DNA of 58,902 nucleotides from a virus (taxonomy: Duplodnaviria > Caudoviricetes): positions 1 through 58,902 of the IMG/VR virus record IMGVR_UViG_3300032320_001902; one strand, 5' to 3'. The position numbers were made by a program, and so were the translations under genes. Under the pieces are notes generated by a model. That model was not told where the DNA came from, did no database searches, and was given only the letters and a program-made list of their open reading frames with translations. Position 1 is the stretch's first letter. Each line of letters starts with the position of its first letter. Of this stretch, positions 38,131 to 46,402 are shown one piece after another.

Positions 38131-38628
38131 ATGAAAAAAATCAACAACGTCGTAATCGAAAACCAATCGCCAGAGTTTGCGATTGAACTGAAAAAGTTTT
38201 GGGATGGGGTGGAGATTAAAAAAACGATAGCCCATTGGTTTGGATATAGCAAATACGACTTTTCTGGAATAGGATTTTTTTATGGCATAATTGATGGAGT
38301 TTTTGGGGCTTACGAAAAAGAAGAAATTCCCGAAGGCGTACGCATCTTTGACCACATCCCAACCGATGCCGAACTTGGCTTGGAGGATATTAATTTCCCT
38401 TGTGATATGGAGGTGTGGGACAATGATGGCGATAAAAAAGTAAAACGCAAAGTTATAATGACATTTGAACACAATGGTGGTACAAGGTTCATAGAGTTTG
38501 ACGAAAATTTAAATTATTATTTTGTTTATAAAAACGCCCAACCAATCCAATCTTTTACCCTATCCGAACTTATTCAAATCGCATCGGAGGTAAAGGGATG
38601 CAAAGTAACTTTGAAGGAGGACAAATAA
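38131..38628 (+). CDS. Hypothetical protein
   Basis: ATG 38131 after TACATTTG (38101-38108) and the GTCAATAACAA leader. Confidence 0.6.
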   Translation: MKKINNVVIENQSPEFAIELKKFWDGVEIKKTIAHWFGYSKYDFSGIGFFYGIIDGVFGAYEKEEIPEGVRIFDHIPTDAELGLEDINFPCDMEVWDNDGDKKVKRKVIMTFEHNGGTRFIEFDENLNYYFVYKNAQPIQSFTLSELIQIASEVKGCKVTLKEDK

Positions 38629-38915
38629 TGAAACAAACAAGAACAAAACGCATCCAAGTACGATGCCAACCTTGCCACTATGACCACATATTGAAGGTTG
38701 CGAAGATGGAAAGGGATAGGTTGGAAGATGAAGACATGAACGAGGAAACAGAAATGCTTACTATTGCATTTAATTCTGTTTCTAAATGTGCAAAGTTCTT
38801 TGACAAAATGCAAGACGTTTTAACAGACACGTTAAGCCTTACCAAAGATAACGGAAATACGAGAAGGGCAATAGTTCAATCAATTGAGCAAACAATCATT
38901 GAAAGGGGAGTGTAG
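38628..38915 (+). CDS. Hypothetical protein
   Basis: TAATG-coupled start. Confidence 0.5.
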   Translation: MKQTRTKRIQVRCQPCHYDHILKVAKMERDRLEDEDMNEETEMLTIAFNSVSKCAKFFDKMQDVLTDTLSLTKDNGNTRRAIVQSIEQTIIERGV

Positions 38916-38916
38916 G

Positions 38917-39096
38917 ATGGCGAAAACAAAAGCAATAATCCAAGAACGGACGTTTACTTTGAACGGAACCGAAACGGCTAGATTTGAGAAAATGAAAGCG
39001 GTTGAATGCAAGTTCACTATTGGAAGTATAGGCATAAAGGTTATGGCTAGAAGGTGCGGGAAATGGATTGATATTACAGATTATTCAGTTTATTAA
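38917..39096 (+). CDS. Hypothetical protein
   Basis: ATG 38917. Confidence 0.5.
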   Translation: MAKTKAIIQERTFTLNGTETARFEKMKAVECKFTIGSIGIKVMARRCGKWIDITDYSVY

Positions 39097-39098
39097 AA

Positions 39099-39302
39099 AT
39101 GGAAACAATGGCAAACAAAGTAACAATATCGAGTTGTCCAAAATGCAAAGGAATAGTTTCTGTTTTGGCTAAAAACTTAGCAGACTCTAAAACGAAAAAG
39201 GATTTTTTTAAAGAAGTGGTAAAGTATAGTTTGGATGTAAAAGAAATGAATACTACCGATTATGCAACCCCAGAATTTAAACCAAATTGGTGTCAATGCT
39301 AA
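39099..39302 (+). CDS. Small Cys-containing protein
   Basis: CPKC...CQC. Confidence 0.5.
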   Translation: METMANKVTISSCPKCKGIVSVLAKNLADSKTKKDFFKEVVKYSLDVKEMNTTDYATPEFKPNWCQC

Positions 39303-39658
39303 ACCTCTCCGACCTTGAAAACAGCTTGGACAAAGCACTGGAAAACGAAACAAAAGAATCATTAACTAAATTTATCATGGATAAAAGAAAAAAGCAGTTT
39401 CCATCATACGAACAATTTGAAGTTGAAAAACAGGCTTTCAAAGGAACTATTGAAGGGTCGTTTATTTACGAATTTATAGTTAACAAGAAGTTAGATAACG
39501 AAGGATATTTTAATGCAATTGAAAACGCTTTGAAAGACCAAGACTACGCTTATTATTTGTACGAAAAAGAGAAATGGAATAGAGAAAACAACCCGACACG
39601 GAAAGAAAAGGTTGTTAAGTGGTGGAATAATTTAATTTGTAAACTTTTAATTAAATGA
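39287..39658 (+). CDS. Hypothetical protein
   Basis: 123 aa. Confidence 0.5.
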   Translation: MVSMLNLSDLENSLDKALENETKESLTKFIMDKRKKQFPSYEQFEVEKQAFKGTIEGSFIYEFIVNKKLDNEGYFNAIENALKDQDYAYYLYEKEKWNRENNPTRKEKVVKWWNNLICKLLIK

Positions 39659-39876
39659 CACTAACTCAAACCCTTAAAAACTACTTCGCCAAAACTTCGC
39701 TTGCCCAAGTGAAAAAAGACTTTGATAAGTCGAAACGATTTGACAAAGTTGGCGTTTCATTGGATGCTTACATGGAGTTTGTTGAGGAAGAAAGAAAGAA
39801 ACGGATTCCACACCACGAAGCTGAAAAAAGGATGGATAACGAAGAAAAAATATTGCAACAATCAAAATCTAAATAA
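39655..39876 (+). CDS. Hypothetical protein
   Basis: 73 aa. Confidence 0.5.
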   Translation: MTLTQTLKNYFAKTSLAQVKKDFDKSKRFDKVGVSLDAYMEFVEEERKKRIPHHEAEKRMDNEEKILQQSKSK

Positions 39877-39877
39877 C

Positions 39878-40063
39878 ATGAAAAATCAAATGGTATTTTT
39901 TGCCACAACATGGCATGAAGCAACAACTAAAGGTTACGATTGGTGTCGTGCCTTTGCTCACGAGAAATTCGATGAAACATTGAAAATAAGCTGCGGCACA
40001 CTTTACGATGATAAGGTTTGCGCCGTATTTACTTGGGAGAAAAAGGAGGCCGCAAATGGATAG
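39878..40063 (+). CDS. Hypothetical protein
   Basis: ATG 39878. Confidence 0.5.
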   Translation: MKNQMVFFATTWHEATTKGYDWCRAFAHEKFDETLKISCGTLYDDKVCAVFTWEKKEAANG

Positions 40064-40334
40064 GATTAAAACCCAATTTGCAAAAGCCCTAGTTGCCGAT
40101 TTCAGCGAAAACACTTGGACGTTTGAAATGGAAGAAGGCTACAAAGTTAGGGCGGGTGAATTTGCAATATCAGATAAGAATGTTTACAACTCAATGGTTA
40201 AGGAACTGGGCGACTATATTCACACCCTTGAAGTTTGCAAAACAATGCCAAACTTTGATGCAATGCAAAAACTGAAAATGCTTGAAAAGGCAGAAGGAAT
40301 TAAACAACTTTTAAACCTTGCTAAAAATGGATAG
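40056..40334 (+). CDS. Hypothetical protein
   Basis: ATG 40056. Confidence 0.5.
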   Translation: MDRIKTQFAKALVADFSENTWTFEMEEGYKVRAGEFAISDKNVYNSMVKELGDYIHTLEVCKTMPNFDAMQKLKMLEKAEGIKQLLNLAKNG

Positions 40335-40701
40335 CAATACAAAAGGAATGGTTTTTATTATTGCTATAATAGCTGTAACGTGGATTTCACTAGCCTACAT
40401 TTTTGTGTACAAACCACAACAACCCCAACCCCTCCAACAATTCGAGCAGTTCAAGTTGGCTACAACCTAGACAAAGTTGGAAAGGATTCAGTCCTGACAA
40501 TTAAGGGGCAGTTTGTTAGGCAAGTTGGGGATAGGGTTTATGTGAAGGTGAATTAATGAAGCGGTGTAAAGGACAGGCAGACCCAAAAAAAACGCTAAGT
40601 ATATTGATACGATTACTTAGTTGATTTTATTTTGCCTACCTGCTGTTAGGTGTCTGTAAAAAATAAATTTAGCGTGGGTAATAACTTAAATACAAAACAA
40701 A

Positions 40702-40887
40702 ATGGGATTTTTAAGCGGAATGTTTAGTGCGGTAGTAAAAACAGCACTAACACCAGTAGCAATCGTAAAAGATGCAGTAAACGTAGTAATAGGCGAAGAA
40801 GCCGATGCCACAAAATCATTACTTGAAAGTGCTGCCGAAGATGTATCAGATGCAGCAGATGATTTAGGTGATGGAGAAATGTTGTAG
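40702..40887 (+). CDS. Cassette gene, small amphipathic/acidic protein
   Basis: 61 aa inside unit 40645-40930. Confidence 0.6.
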   Translation: MGFLSGMFSAVVKTALTPVAIVKDAVNVVIGEEADATKSLLESAAEDVSDAADDLGDGEML

Positions 40888-41103
40888 AATGTTGGGTGCG
40901 GTGGGAAATTTATTTTTTATTGCACCTAACGTTTTGCGTGTATGTGCATTTTATACCCGAAGGGGTATGATATATCATTCATTAACTATAATTATACCCG
41001 ATAAGGTATGATAAGTCATTCAAATAAATTGCACATAACGGTTCTCGGCTTTGTTTAGTGCGGGATTATGGAAACGAAATTATCAACTTAAAAATAAATT
41101 AAA

Positions 41104-41307
41104 ATGGAAAACGAAAATTTGAATGAAGCAGTAAACCCCGCATTGAACAAAACCGATGTTAGCGGTAGTTTATATGGGCTATACTCAATTGATAACGAAT
41201 TGATGTTTGTGCATAAGACAAGAGAAGGTGCAAGAAAACACCAATACGAATTTGAAAAAGCACACGGAATGGGATTTTATGTTGACCCTGTGATAGTGTT
41301 GGAATAA
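41104..41307 (+). CDS. Cassette gene, hypothetical
   Basis: ATG lies in the hairpin loop; the stop overlaps the inverted end. Confidence 0.6.
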   Translation: MENENLNEAVNPALNKTDVSGSLYGLYSIDNELMFVHKTREGARKHQYEFEKAHGMGFYVDPVIVLE

Positions 41308-41373
41308 ATTACCGCTAACGTTTTGCAGATTGCCGAAGGGCGTGATTTTAACCACTAAATTAAATAAGAAGAT

Positions 41374-41634
41374 ATGAACTCAAATTTAACCACCAAAGTT
41401 TCTACGGAGCAGGAAGCCACGCCTTTTGGCAATGTGCTGTTACCTGCTGTGCCATCCAAAAAGCCTAAATGCTACAATTGCAAATTTGCAAGTTCAGCGT
41501 TTAAAATTGCTGGAAAGACACACCATCAATGTAACCATCCGAAGCACGAAGCAGGATTTGAAAGCGGTGAACTTTCTCCTTGGGACACTTTACAGGAATT
41601 TTATAACACTTGCGATACTCACGAATTTCGTTAG
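41374..41634 (+). CDS. Cassette gene, Cys/His-rich protein
   Basis: CYNC...C..H...C..H; ATG lies in the hairpin loop. Confidence 0.6.
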   Translation: MNSNLTTKVSTEQEATPFGNVLLPAVPSKKPKCYNCKFASSAFKIAGKTHHQCNHPKHEAGFESGELSPWDTLQEFYNTCDTHEFR

Positions 41635-41716
41635 GCATTGCAGGTAACGGTTTGCAGATTGCCGAAGGTGGGGCATTAAACCACTAATGTTTAATTGAAA
41701 TACAAAATTTGATAAT

Positions 41717-41953
41717 ATGAAAAATGTTGATTTGAAAAATGAAACCCCCACTTTTGGCAATGTGCTGTTATGTGATGTTTGGGTTCGAGCAGATAAGCCT
41801 GTTAGAGAATATCCTTTGGGAACGAAATTCAAAGCCTTAATGGGTGGACACTGGATTAGAGTTGAAAGAGGTTTTAAATGGTGTACTGGTTCAACGTTCC
41901 CAAATGTCGGAGGTGATTGGACTGGTGAGGTGTGTCTGCCAAATATCACCTAA
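41717..41953 (+). CDS. Cassette gene, hypothetical
   Basis: Shares TPxFGNVLL with the previous gene; the TAA stop lies within TAAC. Confidence 0.6.
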   Translation: MKNVDLKNETPTFGNVLLCDVWVRADKPVREYPLGTKFKALMGGHWIRVERGFKWCTGSTFPNVGGDWTGEVCLPNIT

Positions 41954-42038
41954 CTTACTTATAGGGGATATAAATAACACGAATTGCCTATTATTTCAAT
42001 AGGGGGAAATAACTTTAATAACTAACAACTAAAATAAA

Positions 42039-42299
42039 ATGGAAATAAAACTAACAAAAACAAGTCTAATTGCCGAACTTACAATTAAAAGCGGAAACGC
42101 TACAATTTCAGAAGATTTGGCTAAAATAGGAGAAAATTCTGCCTATATTCCAAATGAGGAAATTAACAAATTCATTGATGTTGCCCGTGATATGAACTTC
42201 TTCAACGGGAAAAGCGATGTAGATTTTTTGAAAATGATTTACGATGGATATTTAACCCAATCCGAACAAGAAGAATTTAGGGACTTAATTAACAACTAA
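42039..42299 (+). CDS. Hypothetical protein
   Basis: 86 aa. Confidence 0.55.
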   Translation: MEIKLTKTSLIAELTIKSGNATISEDLAKIGENSAYIPNEEINKFIDVARDMNFFNGKSDVDFLKMIYDGYLTQSEQEEFRDLINN

Positions 42300-42337
42300 C
42301 AAAACAGCCCTGGGCGGCTTAATGAACCCGAAAAAAA

Positions 42338-42535
42338 ATGAGTACATTTAAAGAACGTCTTATTGACGAAAAACAACAACTCGATGAAAAGATTGAAAAA
42401 CTAAAATCTTTTATCCAAAGTGAAAACTTTCAAAAAATTGAAGCGGTTCAAATGTCGTTACTAAATGCACAAATGTTTGCAATGTCAACGTACAGCCAAA
42501 TATTGGCAGAACGGCTTGCTTGGTTAAAAGAATAA
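42338..42535 (+). CDS. crAss001_48-like small coiled-coil protein
   Basis: 'F.ERL..EK.QL.EKI.KL..FI.S..F......LL..Q..AM..Y..IL.ER' pattern. Confidence 0.7.
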   Translation: MSTFKERLIDEKQQLDEKIEKLKSFIQSENFQKIEAVQMSLLNAQMFAMSTYSQILAERLAWLKE

Positions 42536-42615
42536 CCCCTGCTTTTGCCACAGAAAATTAGGTAAACAGGACAGAGACATTTTAATCGATGGCTTTTGTT
42601 TTTTCCACCCCTTCC

Positions 42616-42654
42616 AAAAAAAAACCCCTAAAGTCATCATAAAAACTTTAGGGG
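42616..42654 (-). terminator. Intrinsic terminator at the end of the minus-strand late arm
   Basis: CCCCTAAAGT/ACTTTAGGGG stem plus 9 U. Confidence 0.85.
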
Positions 42655-42702
42655 CAGCCTGTCTAAGTGGATACGTCAATAACAACCGACAGGGTTATAC
42701 TT
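42616..42702 (-). ncRNA. Candidate small antisense RNA 1
   Basis: Promoter TACCTTTG at 42707-42714; CCTGTC/GACAGG hairpin with loop GGTTGTTATTGACG; followed by a terminator. Confidence 0.6.
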
Positions 42703-42721
42703 TGTGCAAAGGTAAAAAAAC

Positions 42722-43129
42722 TTATTGAATAGTCAACTCAAAACTTTCTTTATTAAAGAACCCTTCCAAACTCTCTGTGGCAACCCTGCTTGATGTTCCA
42801 TCAATAACTCCGTCATTATTAATATCGGCATGATTTAAGCAAGGAGCAATGCACCCTTTTAATTGGTTTGAAAAATTAGCTGGGTGAAACAATATTCCAT
42901 CCCGACCTTTCACATTGACAACTCTATACGTTTTCTTTTTCAATCGTGGCGAAGAAACAAACACCACAGAGTAAGTTCCCTTTGGAATGCAAGAAATGCT
43001 GCTTTTATTTTCTTTCCAAGGCAGTTCAATCGTTTTTAGTGATAATGTTTCACCCTTGGCATTCGATAGGCTCATTTCGCCTAATGTGACGTTTTTTTGA
43101 TACGTCCTTGTTATGGTTGCTTTATTCAT
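42722..43129 (-). CDS. DUF5675-family protein, probable endolysin/peptidase
   Basis: 'TIELPWKEN...SCIPKGTY', 'V.GRDGILFHPAN....LKGCI'; next to holin-like genes; promoter TACCTTTG at 43134-43141. Confidence 0.75.
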   Translation of the reverse strand: MNKATITRTYQKNVTLGEMSLSNAKGETLSLKTIELPWKENKSSISCIPKGTYSVVFVSSPRLKKKTYRVVNVKGRDGILFHPANFSNQLKGCIAPCLNHADINNDGVIDGTSSRVATESLEGFFNKESFELTIQ

Positions 43130-43142
43130 GCAACAAAGGTAA

Positions 43143-43349
43143 TCAATCTCGCTTTTTATTTTCTATCAGCTCCTTTAATTCTGTTATTTGATACTGCTGC
43201 ACCTTTATAATGTTTTCAAGGTCAGAAACACGTTGTTTTAAAGCCCTTCTTCTTGAAAAAAGTTCAACAATGAAAGGTATGGCATGGCTTAACACAACTT
43301 GCCAAGGAAACTCCCTTGAATCTTCGTATTTATCTACCTCTGCCTTCAT
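43143..43349 (-). CDS. Lysis-cluster protein (TM plus coiled coil)
   Basis: 68 aa. Confidence 0.45.
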   Translation of the reverse strand: MKAEVDKYEDSREFPWQVVLSHAIPFIVELFSRRRALKQRVSDLENIIKVQQYQITELKELIENKKRD

Positions 43350-43633
43350 TGGTGAATGTCTTTTAATGGGATGCCAAAGAATTTAGAAAAGGTCTTTACG
43401 CCTCCGCAAATGATGACACCCCACACTCCACAAGTTTTGCCAATAGCAATCGTGGTGGCAACAAAGGGAAGCGAATTGATTGTATCTAAAGGTAACGATT
43501 CAAGGGTTAGGCAAGTCGTGGCAATAGCACTAAAAAAACCTCCAAGCACCAAAGCAAAGTTTCCCAATTGCTCTGCCCATCTTGGCGTATTGTGTTTGCC
43601 AAAGTTTCTAAGGCTAAATGTTGCTTTTACCAT
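43346..43633 (-). CDS. Holin-like two-TM protein
   Basis: 'TPRWAEQLGN' followed by two hydrophobic segments. Confidence 0.5.
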   Translation of the reverse strand: MVKATFSLRNFGKHNTPRWAEQLGNFALVLGGFFSAIATTCLTLESLPLDTINSLPFVATTIAIGKTCGVWGVIICGGVKTFSKFFGIPLKDIHQ

Positions 43634-43859
43634 TTTTGTCTTTTTTATCAAACCAAGACTTTATTGTTTTAAAACCTATAATGATTGAAGTTATTCCTGC
43701 AACCATTTGGATTGACCACAATATCCAATGGCTTACACCTTCAACAAAAGGCATCCATTTGGCTAATGTGCTTATAGCCCATAAAAAGGCAACCACGATG
43801 AAGGTTATTCCATCATTTGCTTGGTTCGGGTGGTGGTGTGTGTTTATCGAGAAGTCCAT
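43614..43859 (-). CDS. Holin-like two-TM protein
   Basis: Two TM segments and a basic C-terminus. Confidence 0.5.
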   Translation of the reverse strand: MDFSINTHHHPNQANDGITFIVVAFLWAISTLAKWMPFVEGVSHWILWSIQMVAGITSIIIGFKTIKSWFDKKDKNGKSNI

Positions 43860-43992
43860 CTAATCTTTTTTTAAATCGTCGAAGCCGTTGATATTCTAAT
43901 AACTTTATTGATATTGAAATTAAGTTTGCCACAATGGAGGTAATCCCTGCTAAGGAGCCGACCACTATAAGCCATACTTCCCACCATTGCAT
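43813..43992 (-). CDS. Small single-TM protein (59 aa, not in ORF track)
   Basis: MQWWEVWLIVVGSLAGITSIVANLISISIKLLEYQRLRRFKKRLD... Confidence 0.45.
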   Translation of the reverse strand: MQWWEVWLIVVGSLAGITSIVANLISISIKLLEYQRLRRFKKRLDGLLDKHTPPPEPSK

Positions 43993-44032
43993 AAGACATT
44001 GTTAATAAAGGTTATTGATTTACTTTTCACTT

Positions 44033-44794
44033 TTAGTTAACTTTATTAACGGTTAATACTATGGATGGAATAGCAGGGTAAGGTATGGTCAAATCTGCTG
44101 GTTCATATAAAATTTCGATGCTATCGCTTTGCGTCCACATAATTTGACAATATTGCCCTGCCGTAGAAATGTCCTGAAAGAAGTTCCAAGAGGCTACAAC
44201 AAAGTGGCCTGCGCCCTGCATCGTTACTTTGGTAGAGCTTTGTGGCACATCAATCCCATCTTTACGAAGCCAAATAACCAACTCCCTTAAAGCACTCCCA
44301 CTTGGCCTATACAACTGCGCTGAAAATTGTATATTATAAACGCCTGGTGTTGCAAAGGTTATCCGTGTTGGGTTGCCTGAACCATCATTAACTATACTTA
44401 CACTAGAAGATTGAACCGTAGTGTTGAACTTCATTGCAGCAATGGCGTTAGTAGCAACAGTTTGCGTTGTGGTATCCAAAAAGTTTCCGAAAGGACTTGA
44501 CTGCGCTTGGCTTAAAACCCAAGATGAACCTATGTAGGTATAAACACCCGCAGGGGTAGCATCGGTGATATACGCAAGCTGCCCATCAGTTACGTTTTTA
44601 AAAGAAGAAATTTGAGCAAGGGTAAACTTTGGAATATTAATACCTTCGGAGAAATTTAGCACAACGCTTCTTCCTTGGGTTGGATTGTTTGCGGTAATTC
44701 CATTTGTAGGTAAAGATGTGTTCGAGGTTGCGTTAACTCCTAAATTAACCCAAGATTCATTTATCCCTTTTAATATTTCTTCTTGCCTTGTCAT
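44033..44794 (-). CDS. Tail fibre / receptor-binding protein with a C1q/BclA-like C-terminal domain
   Basis: 'ITFATPGVYNIQFSAQL...IWLRKDG.DV..S'; N-terminus paralogous to the 45269-46399 protein. Confidence 0.65.
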   Translation of the reverse strand: MTRQEEILKGINESWVNLGVNATSNTSLPTNGITANNPTQGRSVVLNFSEGINIPKFTLAQISSFKNVTDGQLAYITDATPAGVYTYIGSSWVLSQAQSSPFGNFLDTTTQTVATNAIAAMKFNTTVQSSSVSIVNDGSGNPTRITFATPGVYNIQFSAQLYRPSGSALRELVIWLRKDGIDVPQSSTKVTMQGAGHFVVASWNFFQDISTAGQYCQIMWTQSDSIEILYEPADLTIPYPAIPSIVLTVNKVN

Positions 44795-44976
44795 TTTATG
44801 AAAACTATTTTTAGAATTGGAGAAATCCCTGATTCAGAAATAACAAATTCTGATTTTATACGGCAGTTGTATTCCTTTAGAACTTCGTTTATTTTTTCAG
44901 TACACTCTTGCTCTTTCTTTGCCACAAATTCGTTTATATCAAACTCAGGCACGTTGCTTTCTTGATTGTTTTCCAT
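44791..44976 (-). CDS. Small tail-associated protein / chaperone
   Basis: ATG 44976 with a GAAAGCAAATG leader. Confidence 0.45.
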   Translation of the reverse strand: MENNQESNVPEFDINEFVAKKEQECTEKINEVLKEYNCRIKSEFVISESGISPILKIVFIK

Positions 44977-44999
44977 TTGCTTTCGTTTTTTATTTATGA

Positions 45000-45248
45000 T
45001 TAAGGTTGAGGTGTGTTGTAAGTGTCGTCCACCCATTGAGCCGCCTGAACATCAAGTTGAGCCAAAGCTTGTTCGATAGACAAGCTGTTATCAAGGTCAA
45101 ACACTTGATAATCGGTTTGAAGAAACTTGTCAGGGTGCGGGTTTCCAACAAATTGACTAACAATAGTAACCGCCTGTGTTGTTACACCTGTCACAAGGTC
45201 AATTTTGGGCGAACCCTCCACATTTGTTTTAAGAAATTCTACTTGCAT
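45000..45248 (-). CDS. Small tail-fibre-associated protein
   Basis: 82 aa between the two fibre genes. Confidence 0.5.
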   Translation of the reverse strand: MQVEFLKTNVEGSPKIDLVTGVTTQAVTIVSQFVGNPHPDKFLQTDYQVFDLDNSLSIEQALAQLDVQAAQWVDDTYNTPQP

Positions 45249-45268
45249 TTTTATTTATTCTTAATTGT

Positions 45269-46399
45269 TTATACTAAAGTTACTGTTTTTCTTACTCCAC
45301 CAACGGTAAAGTATAGGCTCGTTCCATCGAACTCAAATGCTCCATTTTCGGGAGTTGTAAGATTCGTTCCTGATGTTAGTTTTAGTGGTGCGCCCCCTGT
45401 TGTCGCAACTCCAGCACCGATATGAAGGTGTGCAGTTGGTGCTGCACTTGTCTTGACTGATGTTGGCAGAATCAGCCAATTATTTGTCGGGTAAAAAAAA
45501 GCGTTAATATTTCCGCTATTATCGTCCTGTATTGAATACTCTGTCCGATAAAGAATGGATATTCTCATTGCAGCCGTTCCCGCATCGTTGAAGAAGCCTA
45601 TTGCACCTGAGTTTCTTCCGTTGTTGGAGGTAACTTGAAAGTTAGTTGACCAAGTGGAGTTACGTGCTATCAAAGGAATTGTAGCAGTTGTACCCCCTAA
45701 TGTCAATCTCTTGTTGGCAGATGAATAAGTTATACCATCGTCCTCTCCATAAACACCTGCGTTGTTAAAGGCGACCCTTCCCGAAGTTCCCGAAGTGATA
45801 GTTGTTGTACCTACGGTGATGCCTGAACCCGAAGCTTGCCAAGCAGGTAAGCCTGCGCTAACTCCAAGAACTTGACCCGAAGAGCCAATTCCAAGCCTTG
45901 TTAGTTTTCCGCTTGAATTTCTATAATAAATATCACCCGTTGCATCAGAGCCAAGTGTCATTGTTGATTGACCAATGATTCCTGTCCAAGTCCCTGTGGT
46001 AACTGTTCCAAGGGTTGTGATTGAAGTTTGTCCAACATAAGTTGAGGCAATATCAATCGTGTTTCCGCCTGTTACCGTGATGCGATTAATTGTTCCAATA
46101 ACGGAAGATAAACCACCAAGAGTAGCCCAAGAAGCGCCATCGTAAACATACAGCCCTGTACTTCCATCCGTTTGATATACTATTTGACCAGCTTGCGGAT
46201 TTGACAATGCAGCAATTTGGGCAGCAGTTAATTTTGTTGCATTAACTCCGTCAATAAAATTTAAGGCAACAGCTCTTCCTCCGTTTGGATTGTTTACCGT
46301 AATTCCGTTTATAGGGTTAGAAATATTACTCGACACGTTTATGCCGTACTGACTCCAGCTTTCATTAAAACCCTTAACTATTTCTTCTTGTCTTGTCAT
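45269..46399 (-). CDS. Tail fibre protein
   Basis: Gly/Thr/Ser-rich; 'GDIYYR...LTRLGIGSSGQVL', 'LTTPENGAFEFDGT'. Confidence 0.7.
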   Translation of the reverse strand: MTRQEEIVKGFNESWSQYGINVSSNISNPINGITVNNPNGGRAVALNFIDGVNATKLTAAQIAALSNPQAGQIVYQTDGSTGLYVYDGASWATLGGLSSVIGTINRITVTGGNTIDIASTYVGQTSITTLGTVTTGTWTGIIGQSTMTLGSDATGDIYYRNSSGKLTRLGIGSSGQVLGVSAGLPAWQASGSGITVGTTTITSGTSGRVAFNNAGVYGEDDGITYSSANKRLTLGGTTATIPLIARNSTWSTNFQVTSNNGRNSGAIGFFNDAGTAAMRISILYRTEYSIQDDNSGNINAFFYPTNNWLILPTSVKTSAAPTAHLHIGAGVATTGGAPLKLTSGTNLTTPENGAFEFDGTSLYFTVGGVRKTVTLV

Positions 46400-46402
46400 C
46401 GC

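Larger units (their letters stand above)
40645..41954 (+). mobile_element. Integron-like cassette array (five units) separated by attC-like hairpins
   Basis: Units bounded by GTTA...TAAC inverted ends; imperfect 20-bp inverted repeats lie between each TAAC and the next GTTA. Confidence 0.7.

Noticed and set aside
41320-41770. Repeated GCAGATTGCCGAAGG / TTTTGGCAATGTGCTGTTA as a CRISPR array
   Set aside because: The spacers are whole genes of 200-300 nt, the repeats are arms of long hairpins, and no cas genes are present
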